Below are positions 9,999 to 22,645 of a DNA stretch of 64,000 nucleotides, one piece after another (the first letter of the stretch is position 1; every line of letters begins with the position of its first letter). A program made the position numbers and the translations under genes. The stretch spans positions 62,001-126,000 of the forward strand of contig NW_015163639.1 in NCBI RefSeq assembly GCF_001447785.1, read 5' to 3'. Origin of the DNA: Gekko japonicus (Eukaryota). The notes under the pieces are model-generated. The model saw only the letters and a list, made by a program, of their open reading frames with translations. It was not told the DNA's origin and did not search any database.

Positions 9999-11330
9999 GC
10001 GAAGAGCAAGTCCAGCAGATTGAGGAAATGATAACAAGACCTGAGCAAGCAGACTTCAGTGCAGCAGCATCGGGGGGAGCAGAAGGGACATTTTTCCAGG
10101 ATCGTGAGGAAAAAGAGTTGCCTACAAGGCACGAGGGGCCAGAAAGTCAACAGGACACCTGAGCAAGCAGACTTCAGTGCAGCATCATTGGGGGGAGCAG
10201 AAGGGCCATTTTCCCAGGATCGTGAGGAAAAAGAGTTGCCCACAAGGCACGAGGGGCCAGAAAGTCAACAGGAAAACGATCCAGGGAAGGCAACAGATGT
10301 TTGCGCGGAACCCAACCTGGGCTTCGATGGACGTGCTTTCCAAGATGGAGTCTGCGGGCCTGAGGGACAAAAATTAGCTAGCTCTGCTAGTCAAAACTCC
10401 CCTCAGAGTTTTGACCTCACTGAGAACCAGGAAACACAGTTGGCAGAGAAAGGGTATCAGTGCACGTACCGTGGAAAAATCTCCAGTCAGAGACCACCCC
10501 TGCTAAGCATCCCCGAGGCAGTTCACACATCGTATGAATGCTCCGAGTGTGGGAAGAGCTTCAGCTGGAAGTCGCACCTTTTTAGGCACAAGCGAAGCCA
10601 CACGGGAGAGAAAGCTCATCAGTGCTCCGAGTGTGGGAAAGGGTTTATCTTCAAAACGGACCTTTTCAGGCACAAGAGGATCCACACAGGAGAGAAGCCA
10701 TACGAATGCTCGGAATGTGGGAAATGCTTTAGCCGCAAACCGAACCTCATTACGCATAGGAGAACACACACAGGAGAGAAACCACATCAGTGCGCTGAGT
10801 GTGGCAAATGCTTCAGTCGCAAGCCAACCCTTATTACTCACAAGAGAACCCACACGAGGGAGAAACCATACGAGTGCTCAGAATGTGGGAAAGGCTTTAT
10901 TTTTAAAATAGACCTCTTTAGGCACAAAAGAACCCACACAGGAGAGAAACCTTACGATTGCTCGGAGTGTGGGAAATGCTTCAGTCGGAAAGCCAATCTC
11001 ATTACACACAAAAGGACCCACACAGGTGAGAAACCCTACGAATGCTTGGAGTGTGGGAAAAAGTTCAGCCGAAAAGGAAACCTTATTACTCACACGAGGA
11101 CTCACACGGGAGAGAAACCATACGAATGCTCAGATTGTCGGAAAAGTTTCACTCAGCGAATACATTTCCTGAGACACGAATCGATCCATATGAGAGAGAG
11201 AAATGCGGAAGCTGTGGGGGATGCAGGGAGCGTGGGTTGGTGCTTACAAACGTCACGCAATTCACATGCGCAAAAGAGAAGCCAGAGAAAGCATGAAGGA
11301 AAGACTGTCCGGTTCTCCTTGGCTTTGTAG
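9999..11330 (+). CDS. SCAN zinc-finger gene A, last exon: 8 C2H2 fingers, frameshifted relative to upstream exons
   Basis: Phase-1 acceptor CCCCCAACAG|GC; spliced frame stops at TGA 10160-10162 because of a 118-bp duplication; finger frame (TGEKP-type linkers, 10533-11190) is open to TAG 11328-11330. Confidence 0.85.
10040..10273 (+). repeat. 118-bp tandem duplication inside the coding exon
   Basis: CTGAGCAAGCAGACTTCAG at 10041 and 10159; copies differ at about 5 positions. Confidence 0.95.
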
Positions 11331-11964
11331 ACATCAGGTGATCCATTCTGGAGTGAAACTGAAAGAATGCTTAGACTGTAGGCAGTCTTGTGGCATGAAA
11401 CTGAAGCTGTGTATGAGGGAAGCTTCAGACCACAGATGGGACTGAGCAGGGGGGGGGGGGGGGAAAACAGCATCCTTATGACATGGTGCAAAAAAGATTT
11501 CATAGGTAACCCTGCATGATGTTTTATCTACGCAAAAATATTCCAATGACATTACTTACCGTTGGAAAAGGCACGGTGTGAGCAGTCTCAAAATACCTTC
11601 TCCAAAACACACCCTTTAGTGACACCTGTGCTTTTTTGTTTAAAAAAAAGGTGCCAGTGCTCTTATACAAAACTGTGCCAATTTCCACCAAATCCCCCTC
11701 CCTCTGCTGATCCCCATTAAGCTATTCTTCTCTTTCTCTGGCTGAGTGGGGCTGGTCAGCCCAATGTGCTGATGCTTTAGCACCAGTGAGCACTGTCACC
11801 AAAAAAACACAAACCAAAGTAGCACCCAGCAAAATTAGCCATTTGGGCACACACAACACAAGCACAGATTGAGATCCAAGTGTGGTGTAGTGCTTAGCGT
11901 GTTGGACTATAATCTGGGAGACCCAGGTTTGAATCCCTGCTCTGTCAGAGGCTCTCAGCCCACG

Positions 11965-12152
11965 ATTGCCAGCTTCAAGTTGGGAAATTCCTGGAGATTT
12001 GGAGGTGGAGCCTGGAAGGGTGGGTTTTGGGGAGGGGGTGGACCTCAGTGGGACATAATGCCATAGAGCATACCCTCCAAAGCAGCCATTTCATTTGGGA
12101 GAAAATGTAATTCTGGGAGATCTCCAGGCTCCACCTAGAGGTTGGCAACCCG
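11965..12152. mobile_element. hAT-like MITE family E (TAGGGTTGCCA-type termini) inside an older MIR-like SINE
   Basis: GATTGCCAGC...GTTGGCAACCC termini; body shared with copies near 13273, 22013, 38855, 59595, 60835. Confidence 0.65.
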
Positions 12153-12971
12153 ATATCAGCCTAACCTACCTCGCAGGGTTGTTGTGAGGATGAAACGGAG
12201 GAGAACAGTGTCAGCCACTTTGGGCCCTCATTGGGGAGAAAGGTGGGGTACATATTAACTAAATAAATAAATGTCAGATTTGGTCCATGTGGTCAGACAC
12301 ACAACTTCTTTGCAGAATTGTGCTCAAGAGGCCATGGGTCCTGCACAGCACTGGTTGGCCAGCTCCTGTAATGTCATGAACAGTCCTACCCCTCACGAGC
12401 CTGGAGCAGTTTTTCAAATTAATAAAACTGGATTAGGAAAACAGACAGCACCAACCATTTCATTAGATAAACTTGCCAGTGTCCTGTTGGGGGGGGGGGG
12501 CAAGGTGAGCAGCATGCCTAAAGCAATGATAGGGATAGGAACAAAGGATAAGCAAATCAGCATTAGCATTGGAGGCAAGTCCATTGAGAGGCAGTAACTG
12601 GGCAAAGCCAGAGTCAGCCTTGCAGCAGACCAAAGCACAGGGACTCTTGTTTGCATGCGTATTTGTATGCATCTCAGAGAATCTGGGCAGTTGCTGAAAA
12701 CAGTTTCACTTCAGCTCACAGAAGAGACGGGGAAATCTTTTTGCTCTTCTGCAGAGGTCTTAATAATTTGTCCTGGCATCAAAAGATTAGGCGTTGACAG
12801 CTGGATTTCTAGCCCCGTTGATTAATGTATGTAGCCATGGGGGGGGGATATCTTTTTTCCTTGTTAACTTCTGCATTTTGAGATGCAGTGTCTCACACAC
12901 TGTGTGTCTTTAGGGTGGAGGACTAGTTAGACCACTGTTGATTAATTACGCTGTAGGGTAGGGTTGCTTAC

Positions 12972-13242
12972 GGAGCCATTGCGGCATAGTGGTTAACAGC
13001 GGTGGACTCTGATCTGGAGAACCGGGTTTGATTCCCCACTCCTCCACATGAAGCCTGCTGGGTGACCTTGGGCCAGTTACAGTTCTCTCAGAGCTGTTCT
13101 CTCAAGAGCAGTTCTCTCAGAGCTCTCGCAGCCCCACCTGCCTCACAGGGTGTCTGTTGAGAGGAAGGGAAGGTGATTGTAAGCTGCTTTGAGACTCCTT
13201 CGGGTCGTAGAAAAGCAGAGTATAAAAACCTACTCTTCTTCT
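12972..13242 (+). mobile_element. Squam3-like SINE
   Basis: Family match with CTT tail. Confidence 0.8.
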
Positions 13243-13461
13243 TAGCCACGGGCAGGAAGTAGTCCTATGACTTGGGTTACCAACCTCAACATGGGGGCTG
13301 CAGATCTCCTGGAATTGCATCTGATCTCCAGCCTACAGAGTTCAGTTCCCATGGAAGAAATGGCAGCTTCAGAGGGCAAAACTGCATGGTATCCCATCGG
13401 TTCTAGGTGAAATCCCTCCCCAAATTCTCTCCTCCACAGGTACTCCCCCCCCCAAATCTCC

Positions 13462-13781
13462 AAAGAGTGATTAACACATGGAATTCCCTGCCACAGGAAG
13501 TGGTGGCGGCTACAAGCATGGACGGCTTCAAAAGGGAATTAGATAAGCATATGGAGCAGGGGTCCATCAGTGGCTATTAGCCACAAGGGATAGATAGGGA
13601 CTCTGGGGCAAGTGAGGCTCTGTCTTCTTGGTGCTTGGGGGGGGTCAACAGTGGGAGGGCTTCTAATGTCCTGGCTCCACTGGTGGACCTCCTGGTGGCA
13701 CTGGTATTTCTGGCCACTGTGTGATACAGAGTGTTGGGCTGGATGGGCCTTTGGTGTCTCTTATGTTCTTATTATGTTCTT
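13462..13781 (+). mobile_element. CR1 3' end nested in a family E MITE (about 13273-13820)
   Basis: CR1 tail; AAATCTCCA repeated at both junctions. Confidence 0.8.
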
Positions 13782-14299
13782 AAATCTCCAGGAATCTGCC
13801 AACCTGGAGTTGGCAAATCTACCTGTGATGCCCACCGGCCTTGGGAGAGTTCTTATTGTAGCACCTTGGAGCAGGGGTGGACCCCGGCAACGGAAACAGG
13901 ATTAAAGCACGACAGCCTCAGTTTATTTTAGCAGGCTTGTTTAACAACAATATAAAACAACTGGATTAAAATAAATTAAAACGGACACTGAGATGGTGGA
14001 AAGTACTATCAAACGGAAGCTGACTTATGGCGACCCCTCGTGGCATTTTCGAGGCAAGAGGTGAACAGAGGTGTTTTGCCACTGCCGGCCTCTGCGTAGG
14101 GACCCTGGGCTTTCTGGGTGGTCTCCCATCTCTGCTTCGCTTCAGGAACTCTTGACAGGATCGGGCTAGCCAGGGCTGTCCAGGTCAGGACTAAAACACA
14201 GAATACCTTAAAACCACAGTAAACCGAACATAAAAACCCTGCATGTGCCTCACTAGTAGTGTATGCCTGTGATTTGACTTTCCATTTCAGGGTGTAGGT

Positions 14300-14465
14300 C
14301 AAGGTGGGCAGCTGTGTTCGTCTGTCTGTCTAGCAGTAGAAAAGAGCAAGAGTCCAGTCGCACCTTAAAAGACGAAGTGAGTGAAGTGAGCAGTGACTCA
14401 TGAAAGCTCATCCCCTGCTACATATTTTGTTCGTCTTTAAGGTGCGACTGGACTCTTGCTTTTTT
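14300..14465. mobile_element. Penelope-like remnant with inverted arms
   Basis: CAAGAGTCCAGTCGCACCTTAAA / TTTAAGGTGCGACTGGACTCTTG arms; partial GAAGTGAG...CTCATGAAAGCTCA core. Confidence 0.55.
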
Positions 14466-14501
14466 GGATCATCTCAGGGGGCCTTAGGTAGGAATCCTGA
14501 C

Positions 14502-14705
14502 CAAGGTTCCCTCTAAGCTGAGTTAGGGTGAGCTAGCTCAGTTTTTTAGCCTCCGGCTCACACATTTTTGTCTCGGCTCAGGAAGGATGGCTCCAGAGCA
14601 AACTAACTTATGCAGTAGCCCAATCGCTTGCTCACAGCTTTAATGCCAGCGGCTCACGAAGTAGAATTTTTGCTCACAAGAGTTCACAGCTTAGAGGGAG
14701 CATTG
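14502..14705. mobile_element. hAT MITE family B
   Basis: TIR CA(A/G)TGTTCCCTCTAAGCT; TSD ATCCTGAC/ATCTTGAC. Confidence 0.9.
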
Positions 14706-15119
14706 ATCTTGACTGGATCCATCGTTCTTAATTCATGTTACACTTTTATGGTACCGCACTACAATGAAGGGCAGAACCTGTGGTTCTGTTTTTTGATGGT
14801 GCCCTGTGCCATCTGTCTTTTGGGTACTTCCTTTTGGGAAACCACCTAAATAAACAGTGAGGACACTTACATGTGCTATCACTGCAACAGCACTTTTTGC
14901 AGCTGCTGGTGTGACCTTGGGTCAGTTACAGGTTCTCTCAGAGCTGTTCTGTCAGGAGCAGTTCTGGAAAGAACCCTCTCGGCCCCACCTACCTCAAAGG
15001 GTGTCTGTTGTGGGGAGGGGAAGGGAAAGGAGACTGTAAACCGCTCTGAGACTCTTTCGGGTAGTGGAGGGCGGGGGATAAATCCAATCTCCTCTTTTTC
15101 CTCTATTAATTATTTTTAA

Positions 15120-15860
15120 TGGTACAGCCTGACCGCGGCAGGCGCTACAGTATGAAGGTGTTTCTTCCCAGGCGGACTGTCAAAACCAAGCCTATCCATT
15201 CATCTAGATCCATCCCCCTCACCACCACCACCCCGGCAGGCAAACAGAAGAAGGAGCCAGCTGGGATTTTCCTTTCTCGCAGTTAATCTCGGTCTCTCAG
15301 ATTTCTGCACAGGATGCAAGGCCATTTCTTCTGGGCCTCTCTAGAGGCAGCAGCAGGAGGAGGAGGCAGCTGCTCTTCTCTTGCCCCCCCCCTTGCTATT
15401 TTTTTGTTTAGAGCAACAAAATGGGTTAAGTTCACTGAGTGCTAACGCCTAGAGAGGAGAACCAGAAATGGCTGGGAAGAGGAGGAGGGTGTGCAAAAAA
15501 AAAAAAAAAGGGGGGGGGGGGGGGGCACCTTCCTGCCCCACCCTCTCCCCTTCCAGGGGGGAAACTTCCTTTTGGTTCCTTCCCCCCCTCCCCTTCCGCA
15601 TCCCGCAGGAGCAACTGCTGGGGCGACGGAATTGCAGAGGATCTAGGGGGGCGCTCGGTGAGTGACAAGGCATGATGGGGCTCGGGAATGGGCGGGGGAG
15701 AGAGGGAGAAGAAGAGTTGCAGAGACCGGATCGGGCCCGGAAAAGATGCGTGGAGAAAAACGTGGTGCTTCACCGGCGCCCGCGGGGTGGGTTGCAAGCA
15801 TTGTCAGGTACCCAGTGGCCTGATGGACGTCTGTTTGTGTGTGTGTCCGAGAGCGAGAGA
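15120..15860 (+). promoter_or_regulatory. CpG-rich promoter and probable non-coding first exon of ZNF gene B
   Basis: Local CpG/GC enrichment; strong donor CG|GTGAGT at 15658; lies upstream of the gene B acceptor at 19963. Confidence 0.55.
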
Positions 15861-16356
15861 AAGAGAAATGAAATCTCGATTTATTAAAAAATTGATTTTG
15901 CTGCTTGTTGGCCCTTAAGGAACTGCTGGCATTTTGGAGGGGCTGTTCCCTCTCTTGATGTTTTTTTTTAATGTAGTGTTTTTATTTGAAACTGTCAGCA
16001 AGGATGTGTTCTTCATCACAAAAGGGTGTGTGTGTGTTGTTGTTGTTGTTTTAACGTACGCTGCAGTCTAATTCACAAGTGTGGACTGGTGTGTGCAGGC
16101 GTAGAACAATAAAGTTCTCCCCGTGTGTGTGCACTGCAGCACGATTCCGAACAGGGGATCTGTACACAGGGCGATATTACAGTATGATTCGCAAAGGGGG
16201 ATTTTTCCTGCGTGCTGCAGCCCTACAAGATAAAATAGGCATCTGAGAAGCCAGCCCTTGATAGGATGGAAGGGTAGTGAAGCTGGTGGGTGGGTGCATT
16301 TTTTGACTGTCAAAAATACATCTGGGCCAGAAAGCATTGCTTTGCTGTGATGATAT

Positions 16357-16660
16357 AGGGTTGCGGTGCTCATCTCCGTTTCAAAGCCAAAGAGCCAGCG
16401 CTGTCCGAAGACGTTTCCATGGTCATGTGGCCGGCATGACTAAACACCAAGGCACACGGAACGCTGTTACCTTCCCACTGAAGGGGGACCTATTTATCTA
16501 CTTGCAATTTCTTGCTTTCGAACTGCTAGGTTGGCAGGAGCTGGAACGAGAGACGGGAGCTCACTCCGTCATGCGGCACACTCGGATCTCGAACTGCTGA
16601 ACTACCGACCTTCCACAGCCTGCAGTTCAGCGTCTTAACCACTTGAGCCACCGCAGCTCC
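16357..16660 (-). mobile_element. Sauria SINE
   Basis: Near-identical to the full-length copies at 18483 and 60259. Confidence 0.85.
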
Positions 16661-16825
16661 CCCCCCCCCATACACACACATTTTATAGAAGGCATTACTG
16701 TGCTTTGTGGCCGTTCTGTTCTGAAAGCTTAATTTTCTGCATTATTATTGAAAGGGTATTATTTTGACATTATCAGAGCTGCCTGGATCTCTTGACTCTT
16801 CTGGCTGCTATAAAGCTTCTGCCCT

Positions 16826-17020
16826 AATCTGGATAGCCCAGGCTAGCCCGATCTCATCAGATCTTGGAAGCTCAGCAGGGTTAGTATTTGGATGGGAGAC
16901 TATTGAGGAAGGCGAGGGTCACGGGATGCTGAGGCAGGCAATGGCAACCCACCTCAGATGGTCTCTTGCCTTTAAAACCCTGTGGGGTTGCCCTAAATTG
17001 GCTACTACTTGACGGCAACA
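16826..17020 (+). mobile_element. 5S rRNA-derived SINE
   Basis: GCCCGATCTCATCAGATCTTGGAAGCT...TTAGTATTTGGATGGGAGAC. Confidence 0.75.
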
Positions 17021-17130
17021 ACAGCAAACAAGGGGTCTGGAGCTTGAGTCCCAAAGACTAGTGGAGCGAGGATCTCACGTCCTGGTAAGAGACACATCCT
17101 TTTAAGTCCAAAGTAGAATCTTGAATCTTC

Positions 17131-18018
17131 ATGTCGCAGCCCCAAAATCCTAACTATAAATACACATTGATGGGGTCTGAACTGGTGGAGACTGACCAAG
17201 AGAGAGATCTTGGAGTCATAGTAGATAACTCACTGAAAATGTCGAGACAGTATGCGACTACAATAAAAAAGGCCAACACTATGCTGGGGATTATTAGGAA
17301 GGGAACTGAAAACGAATCAGCCAGTATCATAATGCCCCTGTATAAATCAATGGTGTGACCTCATTTGGAGTACTGTGTACAGTTCTGGTCACCACACCTC
17401 AAAAAGGATATTATCGCATTGGAAAAAGTGCAGAAAAGGGCAACTAGAATGATAAAAGGGTTGGAACACTTTCCCTATGAAGAAAGGTTAAAGCGCTTGG
17501 GGCTCTTTAGCTTGGAGAAATGACGACTGAGGGCTGACATGATCAAGGTTTACAAGATTATGCATGGGAAAGAGCAGGTCAAGAAAGAAGTACTTTCCTC
17601 CCTTTCTCACAATACAAGAACTCGTGGGCACTGAATGAAATTGCTGAGCAGTCGGGTTAGAACAGATAAAAATAAGTACTTCTTCACTCAGAGTGTGATT
17701 AATCCATGGAATTCACTGCCACAGGAGGTGGCAGCAGCTACAAGCATGGACAGCTTCAAGAGGGAATTGGATAAACGTATGGAGCAGAGGTCCATCAGTG
17801 ACTATTAGCCACAAGGTATAGATAGGAACTCTCAGTCTGGGGCAAGGGATGCTCTGTATTCTTGGTGCTTGGGGGGGGGGACAGTGGGAGGGCTCCTAGT
17901 GGCCCCACTGCTGGACCTCCTGATGGCACCTGGTATTTCTGGCCACTGTGTGACAGAGTGTTGGACTGGATGGGCCATTGACCTGATCCAACATTGGCTT
18001 CCCTTATGTTCTCATGTT
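17131..18018 (+). mobile_element. CR1 LINE, 5'-truncated (ORF2 C-terminus and 3' UTR)
   Basis: ERDLGVIVD and [17 protein letters not shown] motifs with in-frame stops; TTATGTTC tail. Confidence 0.92.
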
Positions 18019-18155
18019 CTCTGTGCAGCTATCCTGGGATAAACTTTTATTTTGCCTTCAGCACCACCAGAAGGGGAGGCTGTGAACTAATAAGGCGAGG
18101 GGAAGATGAGGCAGTGAAGGCAGCAATAGTAAGTTCAGGAGAAAAGGGTCCCAAG

Positions 18156-18323
18156 CAATGCTCCCTCTAAGCTGTGGCGTCTTGTGAGCAAAAATTCTAC
18201 TTTGTGCGCTACTGGCATTAAAGTTGTGAGCAAGCGATTTGGCTACTGCATGAATTAGTTTGCTCTGGGGCCATCCTTCCTGAGCTAAGACAAAAATTTG
18301 TGAGCTGCTTAGAGGCAACGCTG
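18156..18323. mobile_element. hAT MITE family B, internally deleted
   Basis: TIRs present; perfect TSD GTCCCAAG. Confidence 0.88.
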
Positions 18324-18482
18324 GTCCCAAGTTATGGGGAAATCCTTCTGTTTGTTGCACTGTGTTCTGTACACCTGGCTTCACCTGGGACCCAAGGGAT
18401 CCTGCTGGGTAAACACCCGCCTATTGTTGGATCTGACAGTTTTATGTCTGTGAAGGAGAAAGGAGCACTCTGAAAGGCCATA

Positions 18483-18828
18483 AGGTAAAGGCTCCCTTGC
18501 TCGAAAGCCAGTCGAGTCCGACTCTAGGGTTGCGGTGCTCATCTCCGTTTCAAAGCCGAAGAGCCAGCGCTGTCCGAAGACGTTTCCGTGGTCATGTGGC
18601 CGGCATGACTAAACACCAAGGCGCACGGAACGCTGTTACCTTCCCGCCGAAGTGGTACCTATTTATCTCCTTGCAATTTCTTGCTTTCGAACTGCTAGGT
18701 TGGCAGGAGCTGGAACTAGAGATGGGAGCTCACTCCGTCATGCGGCACCCGGGTCTCGAACTGCTGAACTACTGACTGTCCACGGCCTGCAGTTCAGCGT
18801 CTTAACCACTTGAGCCACCGCAGCTCCT
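18483..18828 (-). mobile_element. Sauria SINE, full length
   Basis: tRNA-like head, ACCTTT-type tail, 12-bp TSD TGAAAGGCCATA. Confidence 0.9.
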
Positions 18829-19384
18829 TGAAAGGCCATACCCCTTGGCAATTTTGGAGGTGCTGCCGCAATTGCCCTTTTTATTGTCTGCTCTGTGTCA
18901 CTGTGCCTACATGGTCTTTGGAAGACAAAATAACGCTCTTCAGGACAGCGAAGACCATAGCAAAGACCCAGTTGCCCCAAACTCGGTACTCACAGCTCTG
19001 GGGGGGTGGGGAGAGGGAAACCAGCCCATACTTTGCCATTTGAGTGAGGGAAGTGTGTCTGAGGGAGGTTTAACCTTGTCAATGATTTCTTCTCAAATTG
19101 GGGCAGGAAGGGCTGCAGGAGATTATGTTTGGTTACTATTTTTGCTAATTTCTGTTCCCGTCATTTCTTACTTTGTAAAGGAAATATTTTTAGAAGGGGC
19201 GTGCCACCAGTTTTAACCCAGAAAAAGGCCTCTGTGCCTCAGATATTAGAAATTTGGCCTAGACTGACATCTGCCATTTAAAAACATTCAGGCTCCTTTC
19301 TGCTGTTGACACGCTGAAGACAGAAACAAAACTTCAAATCTGCTTCCATCAGACTTGTAAATCAGTTGCGTTACCCAACAGCGG

Positions 19385-19550
19385 GAGTTGTCTAGTGGGG
19401 TTCCACAGGGTGCGATCTTATGCCCCATGTTATTCCACCTCTGCATGAAGCCTTTAGGAGGAATCACACGTAACTCTGGAACTGGACGTCATCAATACAC
19501 AGATGACACCCAGCTTTATATCTCTCTATCCAAATCCCTGGGAGATACAG
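19385..19550 (+). mobile_element. L2 LINE RT fragment
   Basis: SGVPQGAILCPMLF...YTDDTQLY. Confidence 0.75.
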
Positions 19551-19559
19551 TCCTAAAGA

Positions 19560-19835
19560 GAGCCAGATCGGTGTAGTGGTTAGGAGCGCGGACTCTAATC
19601 TGGGAGAACTGGGTTTGATTCCCCACTCCTCCACTTGCAGCTGCTGGTGTGACCTTGGGTCAGTCATAAGTTTTTTCAGAGCTGTTCTCTCAGGGGCAGT
19701 TCTCTGAGAGCTCTCTCAGCCTCACCTACCTCACAGGGTGTCTGTTGTAGGGAAGGGAAGGAGATTGGAAGTCGCTCTGAGACTCCTTCGGGTAGTGAAG
19801 GGCGAAGTATAGATCCAATCTCTTCTTCTTCTTCT
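19560..19835 (+). mobile_element. Squam3-like SINE
   Basis: Full length with (CTT)n tail. Confidence 0.85.
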
Positions 19836-19983
19836 AAATTAACTGTTGATTTTATGTGGAGAACATGTCACAGTCCTTCAGTTGCAAGACACGGTGTCAG
19901 TCTGTTAATTGAACAAACCTCATTCACTTATTGAATTCACCACCACCCCCTTTCTCATTCAAGGGCTGTAGCCAGCGATCAAA

Positions 19984-20709
19984 ATGGAGGAGCGGAACAT
20001 GGCAGAACCCAAAGCTGGGGAGAGATTGGCAGTGGGAGGCAGCGATCTTCACATTGTCCAAGTTGGGATGATGGGGGAGTTTCTGAGTGGGGTGACCGCA
20101 CCCCACATTAAACAAGAACCGGATGAGGGGCCACAGCAAAGCTGGGGAGTCCAGCGGGAGGCGTTCCTGAAGACGACGGAACAGACTCCACATTCAGGAT
20201 GGTCAGGCGCCCCCCTCCCTCAGCCCCTGTCAGAGAACAGGACAACAGAATTTTGGGGCTCTTCCAAGGGAGGAGGTGACGCCAACCGGTGGCCAGGAGG
20301 AGAAGGCCCAACTCAATCCAGGCCGAGCCTGAGTGATCAAGAGGACCACGAGGCCTACAAAAGCCTGGACTCTTCCGTGGAAGTGAAGGAAGAGATTCTG
20401 GACAAAGTGGACACTGCCAACTTGGAGCTACGCTGTCAGCGCTTCAGGCAGTTCAGCTACCAGGAGTCGGAGGGGCCTCGAAAGATATTCTGCCAGCTCT
20501 GGGAGCTTTGCCACCAGTGGCTGAAGCCGGAGAGGCATACAAAGGAGCAGATTCTGGAGCTGGTGATTCTGGAGCAGTTCCTGATGATCCTGCCTCTGGA
20601 CATGCAGTGCTGGGTCAGGGAACGGGGGCCCGAGACTTGTGTCCAGGCAGTGACCCTTGCGGAGGATTTCCTGTGGCGGTCACCAGAGGCCGACGGAACA
20701 GAGCACAAG
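19984..20709 (+). CDS. SCAN zinc-finger gene B, coding exon 1 (SCAN domain)
   Basis: [49 protein letters not shown]; donor AAG|GTAAGA; 242 codons, phase 0. Confidence 0.95.
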
Positions 20710-20749
20710 GTAAGAAAAGCTCACCCCAATCCTTCCTAGTAGACACCAG

Positions 20750-21005
20750 GGCAGTTTGGTGTAGTGTTTAAGACTGTGGGACTCTAATCTGGAGAACTGG
20801 GCTTGACTCTCCACGCGTCCACATGCAGCTGCTGGGTGACCCTGGGCCAGTCACAGTGCTCTCAGAGCTGTTCTCTCAAGGGCAGTTCTCGGGAGAGGTT
20901 TCTCAGCCCCACCTACCTCACAGGGTGTCTGTTGTGGGGAGAGGAAGGGAAGGAGATTGTAAGCCGAGTAAAGGGTGGGGTATAAATCCAACGCGTCTTT
21001 TTTTC
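20750..21005 (+). mobile_element. Squam3-like SINE
   Basis: Family match. Confidence 0.8.
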
Positions 21006-22271
21006 TCTGTTCAAAGTGGAGTTGAGGACTCTCCTGGAAAAGGAACATCCTTTGAAAAAAATAATTTTTCATGGCAAATTGTGTTAGTAAGGTATTGTTG
21101 CACTTCAGACAAGTGTAAAGGGGTACGAGATGCTCCCACACACGGTCAAGTAATGTATGGTTGTTGCTGACGCCATTTTATGATGTTTTTCTGGGGAGGA
21201 CATCCATAGCTTTTATTAGATTCTTTCAAAAAAATTTTTTAGTGATAATGTAATACGTTTAGAGCAGCTGAAATTCTCAATAAACTATCACAATCCTCTT
21301 TCACAGACCACATAGAGAGAGAGCTATTAAAAACCCCTCTAAAACAGTTACAAATTAATAATATCAAATTATAACTTCTAGATTTTTCTAATTGCCATTA
21401 TTTCTTTATTGGTATAGTACCCATCCACCCCCCTGCTAAACCCGGCAAACCAGTGTACTTTTGGAATTAAAGTGTAATTAAGCAGCCTTCAAAAAACTCT
21501 GTCCTCCACCACTGAAGATATTAATTTCAGAGTTGTTTATGGGCCAAGGAGGTTCTAAAATTTCAAAAATTGATGTCAAGTCCCTTTAAAAGGTGTCAAT
21601 GTCAAACCCTGGAAATTCTTCTTTTTCCGTAGATGTACAGGAGTTGGTATCTTTATTGTTAGTATCACTCATAGAGATGCTTCAGTCCTTGCTTTGTATA
21701 ATAAGAGACTCTGTGAGGACTTGTTAGCTTTAACATGAGACGTTTTGTAGCTTCATTAGATCCACAAAGGGGGTCCATGACCCAAAAAAGGTGAAGAAAC
21801 ATTGCTACACAAGTACCTCCAGTACAAGTAGCTACGTCTTTTGTCCTCTGCTATGAAAATAGGGGCCGAGATAGTATCCTGTGTATAATTTTCTTTGTTA
21901 ACCCTTAACTCCTTTTTTCCTGTCCGATGTGTGCTAGGATGGATGATATATGTTGAGGCGTGATTTTAGGTTAATTAATTAATTCAACCTTGTTTGTTCT
22001 GCTTCTGTAGGTCAGGTTGCCAACTCCTGGTTGGGAAATTCTTGGAGATTTGGAGGTGGAACCTGGGGAGGGCAGGGTTCGGGGAAGGGAAAGTCCTCAC
22101 CAGGGCACAATGCCATAGGGGCTGCCCCTCCAAAGCAGCCGTTTTCTCTGGGGGAACTGATCTCCGTAGCCTCAAAATCAGCTGTAATTCCGGGAGGTCT
22201 CCAGGCCCTGCCTGGAGGTTGGCAACGCTATCTGAATGGCTTGTGGGCTGTCATAAAGACTGACTGACTAC

Positions 22272-22645
22272 CAGGGCTCTTTTTGTAGAAATAGCATAAT
22301 AGGCCACACCCAACAGCAGAAACTCATTAGCATATTAGGCCACACCCATGACAATACAGCTGCATATTAGGCCACACACCCCATGTTACCGGAAGTGTGG
22401 TCATCAGCCACACCCACCTTTTGCTTGTTATTCTGTTTACCTTGTTTGTTGACAAAACCCAGGGCCTTTTTTTTGTAGCAGGGACTCCTTTGCATGTTAG
22501 GCCACACACCCCTAATGTAGCCAATCCGAATGAGTTTCTGCTGTTGGGTGTGGCCTGTTATGCTAATGAGTTCCTGCTGGGCGTGGCCAACTTGGGAGCC
22601 AGCCGGAACTCCATTCCTGTGTGTTCCTGCCCAAAAATAGCCCTG
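22272..22645 (-). mobile_element. hAT MITE family C (composite), inverted relative to 1828-2221
   Basis: TIRs CAGGGCT / AGCCCTG; perfect TSD CTGACTAC. Confidence 0.9.
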
